From Nitrospirota bacterium (lineage in GTDB: Bacteria > Nitrospirota > Nitrospiria > JACQBZ01): DNA of 64,000 nucleotides. Below the pieces are notes generated by a model. The model saw only the letters and a program-made list of their open reading frames with translations. It ran no database searches and had not been told where the DNA came from. The stretch spans positions 1,994 to 65,993 of the forward strand of contig JACQBZ010000020.1 in assembly GCA_016194285.1 (NCBI GenBank). Direction: 5' to 3'. Both the position numbers and the translations under genes were made by a program. The first letter of the stretch is position 1. Each line of letters begins with the position of its first letter. Positions 10,130 to 19,488 of the stretch are shown piece after piece.

Positions 10130-12649
10130 TTACGGCTGGACTCCCAATCGTTTGAGTACGTCCGTCACGTTCTTTATAAAATCCATCTCGGACGGGGCGG
10201 TTTTCCGAATCGAAGTGATCACTTTGCCGTTTAATCGCTCTCGATCTTCCAATGTCAAGTCCTTCCCGGTAATGATAACGACAGGAATATCACGGGTCGC
10301 CGGATCCGTGCGAAGCGCATCCAGAACATCGAACCCGTCCATTCCGGGCATCATCAGATCCAGAAAAACCATGTCCGGTCTTTCATTCCGAATCAAGGCT
10401 AGCCCGTCGGCCCCGTCCATGGCGGCGTGGATTCGATACGGTTGCCGATCCATGATTCTCCGCATGAGTTCAACCGATTTGGGATCGTCGTCGATCACGG
10501 CGACATGGCGAATCACACCCAACCGCTTTAGCACATCGAGCACGGCCTCTTGGCTGACCGGTTTAACCAGATAATCCACGGCCCCCAACGCATATCCCTT
10601 TCCGGTTTCGTCCAGGATGGAGCAGATGACAACCGGAATCTTCCTCGTCTGTTCATTTTCCTTAAGCGCGTTCAAAATCTCCCATCCGCTTTTCGGTTTC
10701 ATCAAAATATCCAGAACAATCACGTGGGGGTTTAAACGGCCTATTTTCTCCACGACGTCATTCGTGGGGTCCACGCCCACAACCCGATAGGGCTGGGATT
10801 CCAGGTAGCGCCGAATCAACGAGACGACATGGGGATCATCATCGATAACGGCCAAGATCGGTCCCTCTCGCTTTTCGAGTTCGCTCTCCGAGGGATCGTG
10901 GCGCAATGGCGGGGTCACCGGGGTCTCCACCGCTTGGGAGGTCTTTGCGCTCGTTAACTCAAATGGAAGATTAAACGAGAACGTGGAGCCGACGCCGTAC
11001 TGACTCTCGACCCAGATCCGGCCGCCGTGGAGTTCGATGAACCGCTTGACGATCACAAGACCCAGACCGGTCCCCCCATAATTGCGCGTGGTGGAAGCGT
11101 CCAGCTGCCGGAACTCTTTGAAAAGCTTCGGCAGGTCTTCCGGACGAATCCCGAGCCCGGTGTCGGTCACACTGACACAAATCGCTTCCGGTTTCTTGAC
11201 GGCTTTGATCCGGATCGAACCTTTTGCGGTAAACTTAATCGCATTGCTAATCAGATTCAGCATCACTTGCCGCAGGCGCATCCGGTCGGCTCGAATCGCG
11301 GAAAGGCCTTCTTCGATTTCGGTTCGGAACTCGATGGCCTTGCCCTTGATCAGTCCCTTGGCCGAAGACAGCACGCTCTGGACAATCTCCTCCAGTCGGA
11401 CTTCCTCCAGGCTCAGCGTCATATGACCGGCTTCGATCTTGGCCACATCCAGAATGTCATTGATCATCTCCAAAAGGTGCTTCCCGCTCTGGTAGACGGC
11501 CGTCAGGTCCTTTTGTTGCACTTCCGTGATCGGACCGTCGATCCCCTCCAGCAGGACTTGGGCGAAACCGATGATGGCATTCAGCGGCGTGCGCAGCTCA
11601 TGACTCATATTGGCCAGGAACTGGGTCTTTAGACGATCCGATTCCTGGGCCTTCTCCATCAGGGCCTGGAGTTCGACGTTCTTCGTCGCCAATTCCTCCG
11701 TCCGCTCCCGAACCTTCATTTCCAATTGATCCTTATAAACCTCCAGTTCCTTTGTGGTCTGGCGAAGGTCCTCATGCGTCAATTCAAGGTCCTGAAACTG
11801 CCGCTGAAGCTGGGCATCGCGTTCACGCAGGGAATCCGTCATCCGGTTAAAGATCCGGGCCAATTGGCCCAGTTCATCTTGAGACACCACATCAACCGAT
11901 TTGGTGAGATCGCCTTGAGAGACCAGGATCGCCGTATTGATCATCCCCTGAACCGGCCTTAGAATCGCGCGGACGAAGCCACTCGAGCCGATTATTCCTA
12001 AGGCGATCACCCCGGAGGTCAAGAGGATATAAAATCGAACGAGGTCCCTGACCTTGGTTCGAATCGGAGTATCGGAAATTCCCATTTCCACATATCCGAT
12101 CAGCACGGGCCGATCCTCGCCGGGTTGGAGGTTGAACATGGTCATCAAGGTTTCGTCGATTCCCGCATTAACAGTCTTGCGCAGGATAATCGGAGCCAGC
12201 ATGATATAGGGATATTCGTCACGACGTCCGGGATCCGACACTTGCTTAACCAAAATCTCCGTTCTGGCTTCATTAAACTCATGGGGTTGAATCGGACTCC
12301 GTTTGGAGTGATACGCTTCACCCTCTCGGTATTGCTCGGCCAGAACCGTATGCTTTTCATTATAGATCCGGATGTATTGTAGAGCGGTCGGCTTCGGCTC
12401 AGAGTCGAGCGTCCCTTGAAGGATGTTTTTCAGGTTTGCGGAATCCTCCGCGATCACTCCAAACCTGCTGGTGGAAGCCAACGCCAGCGTCAGGCTCTTC
12501 CCTTTCATCAGGAGTTCGTTCTCCACCTCCCGGCGCATGTTGTAGAGGGCATACCAACCAAGGGACAGTCCCACGATGACGATCATCAGACTGATCATCA
12601 AGGTGAACTTCATCTTCAAACTGATCGTCTTGCGTCCAAGACCCGTCAT
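10130..12649 (-). CDS. Membrane hybrid sensor histidine kinase (2 TM, HAMP, HisKA, HATPase, 2 REC)
   Basis: NMSHELRTPLNAII, NLISNAIKFT, DTGLGI, GGTGLGL, two receiver domains with conserved Asp. Confidence 0.93.
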   Translation of the reverse strand: MTGLGRKTISLKMKFTLMISLMIVIVGLSLGWYALYNMRREVENELLMKGKSLTLALASTSRFGVIAEDSANLKNILQGTLDSEPKPTALQYIRIYNEKHTVLAEQYREGEAYHSKRSPIQPHEFNEARTEILVKQVSDPGRRDEYPYIMLAPIILRKTVNAGIDETLMTMFNLQPGEDRPVLIGYVEMGISDTPIRTKVRDLVRFYILLTSGVIALGIIGSSGFVRAILRPVQGMINTAILVSQGDLTKSVDVVSQDELGQLARIFNRMTDSLRERDAQLQRQFQDLELTHEDLRQTTKELEVYKDQLEMKVRERTEELATKNVELQALMEKAQESDRLKTQFLANMSHELRTPLNAIIGFAQVLLEGIDGPITEVQQKDLTAVYQSGKHLLEMINDILDVAKIEAGHMTLSLEEVRLEEIVQSVLSSAKGLIKGKAIEFRTEIEEGLSAIRADRMRLRQVMLNLISNAIKFTAKGSIRIKAVKKPEAICVSVTDTGLGIRPEDLPKLFKEFRQLDASTTRNYGGTGLGLVIVKRFIELHGGRIWVESQYGVGSTFSFNLPFELTSAKTSQAVETPVTPPLRHDPSESELEKREGPILAVIDDDPHVVSLIRRYLESQPYRVVGVDPTNDVVEKIGRLNPHVIVLDILMKPKSGWEILNALKENEQTRKIPVVICSILDETGKGYALGAVDYLVKPVSQEAVLDVLKRLGVIRHVAVIDDDPKSVELMRRIMDRQPYRIHAAMDGADGLALIRNERPDMVFLDLMMPGMDGFDVLDALRTDPATRDIPVVIITGKDLTLEDRERLNGKVITSIRKTAPSEMDFIKNVTDVLKRLGVQP

Positions 12650-13581
12650 CGAAAAACCTCATCGGCCGTCTTGAGGACTTCCTCCGGAATGTCCAATCCG
12701 AGGATTTTAGCCGTCTTCAGATTGATCGTCAGACGCGCCGTCTCAGGGTAGATCACTTTCCCCTGATCCGGGATCCCGCTTCGAATGACCTGGTCTACCA
12801 GAACCGAGGATTGTTTGCCGATCGAAACATAATCGGGGGAAAGCGCCAGAAGCGCACCGGCCTTCACAAAGCTGTCCGAAAACGCCATAAAGGGGATGCC
12901 CTTTTCCAAGGTCGTCAGCAGGATGAACTGAAATGAATCGTTGGTGATCACGGTGCTGTCCGGCACCATCCACAAGCCTTGAATCTGGGGCAAGAGCGAT
13001 CGGATCGCGCCCGGAATCTCCTGGGCCGTTCGGACCTCGGCCTCGACCAACTCCAAGTTCAAGTGACGCGCTTCCTCTCGGGCTGAACGGATCAACCCGG
13101 ATGTTTTGGTCGGATCGTAAAGAACCCCAATCCTTTTTAACGCGGGCACGACCGATTTAAAGGCCTTGAACTGGGACTGGATCGGAATTTCCAGGTCGAT
13201 CCCGGTGACATTTCCGGATTGAAGACCATATCTATTGGGGTCAATCACAAGACAGTAGACCAGCGGGATATCCGGAAAACTTTCCCTGGCCAATCCGGCG
13301 GCCTTGGATCCGACCGCCAGCACGGCGGCCAGCTTGCGCCGCTTCGCCTGCCCGACGATCTTCATCCCTTCATTGACGTCCCCCTGCATGTTGTACTCCA
13401 CCACGTCCACTTTGGTATGACGCCGGAACCCTTCGACGGCTTGGTCATAGGGAAGCAGGTCCTGGCTCTTGATCACGGCGACCTCGGCCGACGATGCGAC
13501 GACCGGTTGCAGGACGAAGGGCACTGCCCAAAAAACGAGCCATAAAAAGGCCCGGCTAAAAATAGCAGATAACCTTGACAT
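12646..13581 (-). CDS. Periplasmic ABC substrate-binding-like protein (ABC_sub_bind type)
   Basis: N-terminal signal, KRIGVLYDP, LWMVPDSTV, VKAGALLALSPDY..IGKQ, INLKTAKILGLDIP; ATG 13581 preferred over track start inside the TonB gene. Confidence 0.8.
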   Translation of the reverse strand: MSRLSAIFSRAFLWLVFWAVPFVLQPVVASSAEVAVIKSQDLLPYDQAVEGFRRHTKVDVVEYNMQGDVNEGMKIVGQAKRRKLAAVLAVGSKAAGLARESFPDIPLVYCLVIDPNRYGLQSGNVTGIDLEIPIQSQFKAFKSVVPALKRIGVLYDPTKTSGLIRSAREEARHLNLELVEAEVRTAQEIPGAIRSLLPQIQGLWMVPDSTVITNDSFQFILLTTLEKGIPFMAFSDSFVKAGALLALSPDYVSIGKQSSVLVDQVIRSGIPDQGKVIYPETARLTINLKTAKILGLDIPEEVLKTADEVFR

Positions 13582-15553
13582 TGAAATTCCTTCGGTCTTG
13601 AGGGACTTGGAGGATCGGTGCAAGCTCATTGGAGGCCGGATCCGAGAATCGTGCATCAAAGAGGTTGAAGATGGAAGACCGGATCTCGAGATTTTTGTAC
13701 AGATTATGGAAGGTGAGGGTGAGATTCGTAACAAAGTAGGGATCGACCCTCCCATTCGATTGGATCATCTTTCGACTCCCGACGTATTGTTCTTCAATCC
13801 CCACGGATCCTCCCTCAATCGAGAGAGGAAACAGTTGTCCGGCTTTCGCCAGATGTCTCGGGGAATTGCTGAGCTCTTCATGGGTATCGCGATCCTTGGT
13901 GACCTGATACGCGTAGCTGAAATAACTTTCAATTCCCTGCGCCCACTTCGATCGAACCTCGGTCGAGACCCCTTGACCCCGCACTCGATCCAGGTTCTGA
14001 AATTCGAATGTTCCTCCTCCCCCATTCGTCAGATTGATCAGGTCCTTGATATCGTAACGATACACGGACAGGATGCCTTTCAGATGCGCCCCCAATGCCT
14101 GCTCAATCGCCCCTTCGTACGTGTTGATCGTTTCAGACTTCAGGTTTGGGTTGCAGACAAAAGAGATCCCGCAATAGAGCAATTCATAACTGTTCGGTAC
14201 ACGAAAAGCCTGGCCGTAAAGGAGTTTGAGGATGCTGCCCTCCACGGGCTCGTAAACCAGTGACGCTCGGGGGGATGTGTGCTTATTATCTTGGGCATTG
14301 TAGCGCACATAAACGTCATGTCGCGCGCCGACGTTCAGGGTGAGGTTGTTCATCAACTGGATTTCGTCCTGAAGGTAAAGCGAGTAGACCTGGAAACGAT
14401 CGCGGGTATCAAGATAAGAAAAGAACGGATCCACATTGAAGTTTTTTAACAGAACGTGATGGAATTGTCCCTCGGTCCCGGCCACCAGCCGACTCCATGA
14501 AAAGATTTTCCAGTCCATTTGAAGTTCAGTGCCATACCATCGGCCGGGGGTGTTGTCCTTGTTGATCGTCGGCGGAGGAACGTCGATGGGATAGGAGGCC
14601 TTGTAGAGATACCAGTCATCGTAGGCTCGGATCAACAGCCCCAGCGTCGGCGTCAGTTGGGGATTATATTTGACCTCGAGGAAGTATCTCCCATCGACGG
14701 TTCTTTCCCGACCGTCATCAAAGATCGTGGCGTAAGAAGCCGTGGGGACATTCTTGCCTCGCTCGAAGTAAGTTCCTTGAAACCCAAAGTCCTTGTACCG
14801 AAGTTTTCCAAAAAGGGAATAGGCCCACTCCCCATCCGAATTTTTCGCAAAGCCGGAATCGTGGGCGGGATCTCCATCATTGTATTCGGGGAAGTAAAGG
14901 GTTTGACCGCTGCTCCGGGTGGTGGAGGCATTCAACAACAGGTTAAGTCCATTCTCATACTGCTGGCCGTAGGTCAGGATCCCTTTGTTGGTGTTGTAAC
15001 TCCCCGCCTCGGCCGAAGCCATCAGGCCTTTCAAATCGCTTCCCTCTTTGGTGACGATATTGACGACGGCAAAGAAAGCGCTGGTCCCATAGAGGGCCGA
15101 ACCGGGGCCGCGAACAATCTCAATGCGATCCACAACGTCCAGATCAATACCGGATTCCCGCCCCAGGAGAAAGGCTTCGTAAATGTCATCATTGAGAACG
15201 TGTCCGTTGAGCATGCCAAGAATCCGGATGTTAAAATCCCCCGGTCTTGAAAACCCACGAACACCCAGATAACTGTAGTTTCTGTCATTGGAGACATAAA
15301 AATCGCGCACGGATCGGAACATATCCGCAAGGGTTCGCCAGCCGTACTGTTGGATCTCTCGGGCCGTAATGATCGTGACGGAAGCCGGTGCCTCGCCGAC
15401 CACCTGTTTATACCGCGCCGCCGAGACCACCACCTCACCTTCCTGCTCCGCATTAAAGAGGGCGATTTCTTGTTCCAGGGGCCCCGCACCGGCCAGGGCC
15501 ATTCCTCTGAATACAACGCAAATAAAGCCCAGGGTCATCCAATAACGCCTCAT
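13556..15553 (-). CDS. TonB-dependent outer-membrane receptor
   Basis: Plug motifs APASVTIITAREI, RGFS, RIEIVRGPGSALYG; beta-barrel; C-terminal Phe. Confidence 0.92.
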   Translation of the reverse strand: MRRYWMTLGFICVVFRGMALAGAGPLEQEIALFNAEQEGEVVVSAARYKQVVGEAPASVTIITAREIQQYGWRTLADMFRSVRDFYVSNDRNYSYLGVRGFSRPGDFNIRILGMLNGHVLNDDIYEAFLLGRESGIDLDVVDRIEIVRGPGSALYGTSAFFAVVNIVTKEGSDLKGLMASAEAGSYNTNKGILTYGQQYENGLNLLLNASTTRSSGQTLYFPEYNDGDPAHDSGFAKNSDGEWAYSLFGKLRYKDFGFQGTYFERGKNVPTASYATIFDDGRERTVDGRYFLEVKYNPQLTPTLGLLIRAYDDWYLYKASYPIDVPPPTINKDNTPGRWYGTELQMDWKIFSWSRLVAGTEGQFHHVLLKNFNVDPFFSYLDTRDRFQVYSLYLQDEIQLMNNLTLNVGARHDVYVRYNAQDNKHTSPRASLVYEPVEGSILKLLYGQAFRVPNSYELLYCGISFVCNPNLKSETINTYEGAIEQALGAHLKGILSVYRYDIKDLINLTNGGGGTFEFQNLDRVRGQGVSTEVRSKWAQGIESYFSYAYQVTKDRDTHEELSNSPRHLAKAGQLFPLSIEGGSVGIEEQYVGSRKMIQSNGRVDPYFVTNLTLTFHNLYKNLEIRSSIFNLFDARFSDPASNELAPILQVPQDRRNFNVKVICYF

Positions 15554-17007
15554 GCCGAATCACCCTCTTTATTCAATACCTGCACGAAGGACCGTACCAA
15601 TTGCGGGTCGAACTGCTTGCCGGCGCATTGATTCAATTCCTCGATGGCTTCGTCATCGGTCAGTCGTCTCCGATACGGCCGTGTCGAAATCATCGCATGA
15701 TAGGCCTCGGCAATGGCCAGAACGCGTGCAAGAAAGGGGATGTCCTCCCCATGCAGACCTTTCGGATAACCGTTTCCATCCCAACGCTCGTGATGGTAAA
15801 GAATGGCGGGCAGCACGCCGTCTAACCGGGGCGCGTCCTTGAGCAACATCTCGGCCAGGGTCGGATGGGCCTGGATGATCTTGCGCTCTTCCATCGTCAA
15901 GGGTCCCGGCTTGTTCAAAACATTATCGGGTGCATTCATCAGACCGATATTGTGCAGCAAACTTGCAATCCGAAGGCTCTCCACCTCCGGCGGGTCGAGT
16001 TTCAAGAACTTGGCAAAATTCATGGCCAAACGAACCACCTGATCCGTATGGCCGAAGGTGAAGGGCGTCTTTGCATCGATGGCCAATCCGATATTCCGGA
16101 TCACGCTGAGTTTCGAATCTCGAAGAACGGCCTCAAGACTGCCCTGATTCTTTACAAGATGGGCCTTCAACAATTCCCCGTGAAGACTGACTCGATTTCG
16201 GCCGTTCTGCTTGGCAAAATAAAGGGCCTTATCCGCCATTTCAATCAGGCCGTCTTTGTCTCGGGCATCGATGGGAAGATTCGCAATCCCGACGCTGATC
16301 GAAATAAAAGCCCGATGACCGCCGGGCAGGTTGAAGAGATGGTAGAGAACACTGTTGCGAAGACGCTCCGCAACGACCTGGGCCCCTTCCAACGATGTTT
16401 CAGGAAGAATGATCGAAAATTCTTCGCCTCCATAACGAGCGGGAAGATCGATGGTCCGAAGTCCTTTTTTGAGAAGCTCGCTCACCTCCCGTAGAATCGC
16501 ATCGCCGACCGGATGGCCATAGGCATCGTTCAAGGTTTTAAAATGATCCAGGTCGATCATGAGAAGCGAAAGCGACCGGTTGTACCGTCGAGAACGGGTA
16601 ACCTCATCCTCCAATTGTTTTTGAAAGGCCCGATGGTTGTAAATCCCTGTGACGACATCCGTCACCGCGGCCGCTTGCGCCGTTTCTAAAGCCTGGGCCC
16701 GTTGGGCCAGGAGTCTCTTGGCATTGAGACCGAAGGTGGCGCTGATGAGCAACAAGATCGCAGCCGCCGTCGTGATCGTAAATATTTCCTGGCCAACTTC
16801 CGAGACCAGATAACCCGGCGTTCCATGGAAAACCAGATCGACCAAATTGGATATGGAACCGAAGGCACCGGCCAGAATGAAGAACAGCGCGCCGAGACGC
16901 TCCAGATCAAGCCGCGCTTCACGTTTAAGAAAGTAACCGAAATAAACAAGGGCGCCGCCCGATACTGCGAGCACCCCGTGTTCGATCCAGCGGAGTCCCT
17001 CAAACAT
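15550..17007 (-). CDS. Membrane diguanylate cyclase (GGEEF) fused to degenerate HD-GYP domain
   Basis: 3 TM segments, DVVTGIYN, IDLDHFKTLND, RTID-x5-GGEEF; HD-GYP with HNIG and AEAYHAM; ATG 17007 directly after the upstream gene. Confidence 0.88.
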   Translation of the reverse strand: MFEGLRWIEHGVLAVSGGALVYFGYFLKREARLDLERLGALFFILAGAFGSISNLVDLVFHGTPGYLVSEVGQEIFTITTAAAILLLISATFGLNAKRLLAQRAQALETAQAAAVTDVVTGIYNHRAFQKQLEDEVTRSRRYNRSLSLLMIDLDHFKTLNDAYGHPVGDAILREVSELLKKGLRTIDLPARYGGEEFSIILPETSLEGAQVVAERLRNSVLYHLFNLPGGHRAFISISVGIANLPIDARDKDGLIEMADKALYFAKQNGRNRVSLHGELLKAHLVKNQGSLEAVLRDSKLSVIRNIGLAIDAKTPFTFGHTDQVVRLAMNFAKFLKLDPPEVESLRIASLLHNIGLMNAPDNVLNKPGPLTMEERKIIQAHPTLAEMLLKDAPRLDGVLPAILYHHERWDGNGYPKGLHGEDIPFLARVLAIAEAYHAMISTRPYRRRLTDDEAIEELNQCAGKQFDPQLVRSFVQVLNKEGDSA

Positions 17008-17009
17008 TG

Positions 17010-17312
17010 TCAGCCTGTTTTTTCCGATTCGGCTTCGGGCCGGATATCGCGATAGAGTTTCCATACGATCCATGGAAACAAGATTCCAGCGCCGATCCCG
17101 AGCAGTGCGCGAACCGCCTGGATCCAGGCCGGTTCCATAAATTTGAGGACGGTTCGAACGGCCAACATCACGCAAAGACCGATCAACAACAACCAGTTCC
17201 GCTTATCGCCGACGATGTCTTGTCCAACGGGAAGAATCACAAGAGCGACCATCAACACGACGATCGTCAACGCCGTCACGTTTATCACACCGATGACGCT
17301 TTCCAGCCCCAT
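17010..17312 (-). CDS. Small membrane protein (about 3 TM), unknown function
   Basis: Three hydrophobic stretches; fits between operon neighbours with 2-9 bp gaps. Confidence 0.7.
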   Translation of the reverse strand: MGLESVIGVINVTALTIVVLMVALVILPVGQDIVGDKRNWLLLIGLCVMLAVRTVLKFMEPAWIQAVRALLGIGAGILFPWIVWKLYRDIRPEAESEKTG

Positions 17313-17321
17313 CGATCCTCC

Positions 17322-18065
17322 TCAAACCGCAGTGCCTATTGCGGTTCTCGCTCGCTCGACTAACTTTGTCCCATCTTCTTCCGACGGTTCGATCGTTGCG
17401 TGCCCCACGTGGATTCGAATCGAATACCGAACGTCACCGATCATCCATTCCCGTTCGGGAAACAGAATGGGGATACGTTGTGCGACAAGCTTCGCGCCGT
17501 CCTCCGTCGTCTGGCACAGCAGCCATAAAAATTCTTGGGGGTCGATTTGAGAAATGGTATCGTATGCACGCCGGTACGCGTTCAAGGTATTTAAGATCTT
17601 CTGAGTAATTTCGCGCACCGCATCCCCTTTGTCCAAAGGTGAAATCTCGACCTTGACGGCAAGGCACGATAATGCATATTGGAATCGACGCGACCGGATC
17701 CGTTCCTCCTCCACTCGTTTCCGGAAATCCTCTAAACCTTTCAGGATCGCGGTTGATGGATCACGATGGGGTACGGGCGGCAGGCCGATCAAATTCAATA
17801 AAGCATGGGCTGAAATTTCCTCTCCTTCCGCCATCGCCGCTTTAATTTTTTCCGCGGCCTTGCTCACCAGATAGCCTTGCTCCGTCAGCTTCTGAACGGC
17901 CTGCAACAATTCAAGATCCCGATCCGTGTAGCGATAGAATATCCTTGAGCCGTGCAGTTCCTGTCCAGGCCGCACAATCCCGATCAGTTTCCAATAACCC
18001 AGTTGTCTGGCCGAAATCTTGGCCCGTCTACAGATTTCTTTGGGGCTGTATGTCTTTTTACCCAT
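17322..18065 (-). CDS. MerR-family HTH fused to degenerate GGDEF-like domain
   Basis: N-term TYSPKEICRRAKISARQLGYW...YRYTDRDL; C-term RAYD-TISQI-DPQEF-LWLL...GAKLVAQRI...LVERA. Confidence 0.75.
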   Translation of the reverse strand: MGKKTYSPKEICRRAKISARQLGYWKLIGIVRPGQELHGSRIFYRYTDRDLELLQAVQKLTEQGYLVSKAAEKIKAAMAEGEEISAHALLNLIGLPPVPHRDPSTAILKGLEDFRKRVEEERIRSRRFQYALSCLAVKVEISPLDKGDAVREITQKILNTLNAYRRAYDTISQIDPQEFLWLLCQTTEDGAKLVAQRIPILFPEREWMIGDVRYSIRIHVGHATIEPSEEDGTKLVERARTAIGTAV

Positions 18066-18283
18066 CTCTCCACGCCCGATCCGAAAAGGTTGTCAACTTT
18101 TAACATATATAGAGCAATAAGCGTACCAACTGATAGTAAAATAAGGACTATTTCTTATACATGCTTGTTCAATGTAATAAATCAACAGGTTACAATAATG
18201 CGCTTTTGGGGGTTTGGAAGCGGATCCTTTGAATTAGGAAATCTCTTTCCTATTCTTTGACGAAATTTGGCAGGATGGAAGGA

Positions 18284-18892
18284 TTAGTCTTTCAGGAGTT
18301 GGACGATCTTTTCCAGAAGGGCATCTCGACCCTCACCGGTCTTGGAAGAAAATGGCAGGATGATGGGGGGAGTAGCCGACCCCGGCAATGAACCTTTGAT
18401 CTTGCCGAGCGCCGATGCCAGCCGTCCTCGGGGCAGCTGATCCGACTTTGTGGCGACCAGAATACACGGAAGCGTGTAGGAGCGAATCCATGTTAACAAT
18501 TGTTGATCCAAAAGACTCGGCGGGTGACGAATATCCATCAGCACGATCAAGCCACGAAGCGCGGGACGGTGCGTGAGATAATCATTCACCAAGTCACCCC
18601 AGGCCTCCCGTTGTGCGAATGATGCGCTGGCATAGCCGTATCCGGGCAGGTCCACAAGATAAAAAGCCAACGGCCATTTGAGGCCGACGGTGACCTTGAA
18701 AAAGTTAATCAGTCGTGTTTTGCCCGGCGTGCCGCTTGTTTTGGCCAGCCCTTTTTGTTGCACCAGACAATTCAACAGCGATGACTTCCCCACGTTGGAA
18801 CGTCCCGCAAGAGCAATCTCGAGCAGTCCGTCCTTTGGACAGTCTTCCGACCTGGCACAGCTCTTGATAAATTCGGCGCTGAGAATCTTCAT
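18284..18892 (-). CDS. engB: Ribosome biogenesis GTPase YihA/YsxC
   Basis: GRSNVGKSS, GKTRLINFF, VDLPGYGY, TKSD. Confidence 0.95.
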   Translation of the reverse strand: MKILSAEFIKSCARSEDCPKDGLLEIALAGRSNVGKSSLLNCLVQQKGLAKTSGTPGKTRLINFFKVTVGLKWPLAFYLVDLPGYGYASASFAQREAWGDLVNDYLTHRPALRGLIVLMDIRHPPSLLDQQLLTWIRSYTLPCILVATKSDQLPRGRLASALGKIKGSLPGSATPPIILPFSSKTGEGRDALLEKIVQLLKD

Positions 18893-18994
18893 AGGGTATG
18901 AACTTACCAGTTCAAAGGAAGACGATCAAGAAGAATTATTCCTGTTTTCCAATCCACTCAGCGCAGGGGATACAAACATGGGGAGATCAATCCT

Positions 18995-19020
18995 CGCCCG
19001 TCCCGAAGGACGGGCGCTAC
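18995..19020 (-). repeat. GTAG REP-like hairpin with UUCG loop
   Basis: Minus strand GTAG-CGCCCGTCC-TTCG-GGACGGGCG; sits exactly where Cas3 stub 1 ends. Confidence 0.6.
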
Positions 19021-19060
19021 TTCCCTGGCTGTTTTTAGAATGGGCGGAATATTCGGCCAT
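19021..19060 (-). pseudogene. Cas3 HD-domain 5' stub 1 (MAEYSAHSKNSQG)
   Basis: Imperfect direct repeat of 19935-19973; YxAHS-x-NSxG start typical of Cas3 HD N-termini. Confidence 0.5.
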
Positions 19061-19096
19061 GTAGCTGCAAAGCAAGATTATCCCCTTTCATTCCCC

Positions 19097-19128
19097 ATAA
19101 TACCAACTCCGCGTGACAGGGCAGGTCA
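19097..19128 (-). promoter_or_regulatory. Putative WYL-regulated promoter: TGAC-N7-GTCA, 11 nt, TATTAT
   Basis: Palindrome 19114-19128, -10 at 19097-19102 with TGn extension; same spacing as 20044-20075. Confidence 0.55.
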
Positions 19129-19146
19129 AAAGATCAAAAAATGAAT

Positions 19147-19175
19147 TTGACAGAATTCTGTACATTATTTATAAT
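19147..19175 (+). promoter_or_regulatory. Sigma70 promoter of TA module 1 with operator palindrome
   Basis: TTGACA-17-TATAAT; ACAGAATTCTGT palindrome at 19150-19161. Confidence 0.8.
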
Positions 19176-19206
19176 CTCTGTTATCAAATTACCAAGGAGG
19201 TTCCCA

Positions 19207-19488
19207 ATGTCCATCTCTCCCAAAGACATCATCCCGCTGACCAAGGCCCGGGCAAAGCTCACGGAGTTGTGCGAGCAGGTCCGCCGGGAGCACGGCGAGA
19301 AGATCATCACCAAGAACGGCGAGTCCTGCGCCGCATTGATCGACGCCGACCGGCTGGACCACTACCACCGCTTGGAGCGGGAGCACGTCCATCTCACGCT
19401 TCTTGAGGAAGCGATCCGCGGAATGGAAGATGTCGCTGCCGGGAAAACCCTTTCCCTGAAAGAGTTAAAAACCCGCCATGGCCGGTAG
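19207..19488 (+). CDS. Phd/YefM-family antitoxin
   Basis: IIPLTKARAKLTEL...IITKNGESCAALI; AAGGAGG RBS before ATG 19207. Confidence 0.88.
   Translation: MSISPKDIIPLTKARAKLTELCEQVRREHGEKIITKNGESCAALIDADRLDHYHRLEREHVHLTLLEEAIRGMEDVAAGKTLSLKELKTRHGR

Noticed and set aside
18084-18101. AAAAGGTTGTCAACTTTT near-palindrome upstream of the MerR gene
   Set aside because: Plausible operator, but AT-rich context makes chance likely and it cannot be assigned
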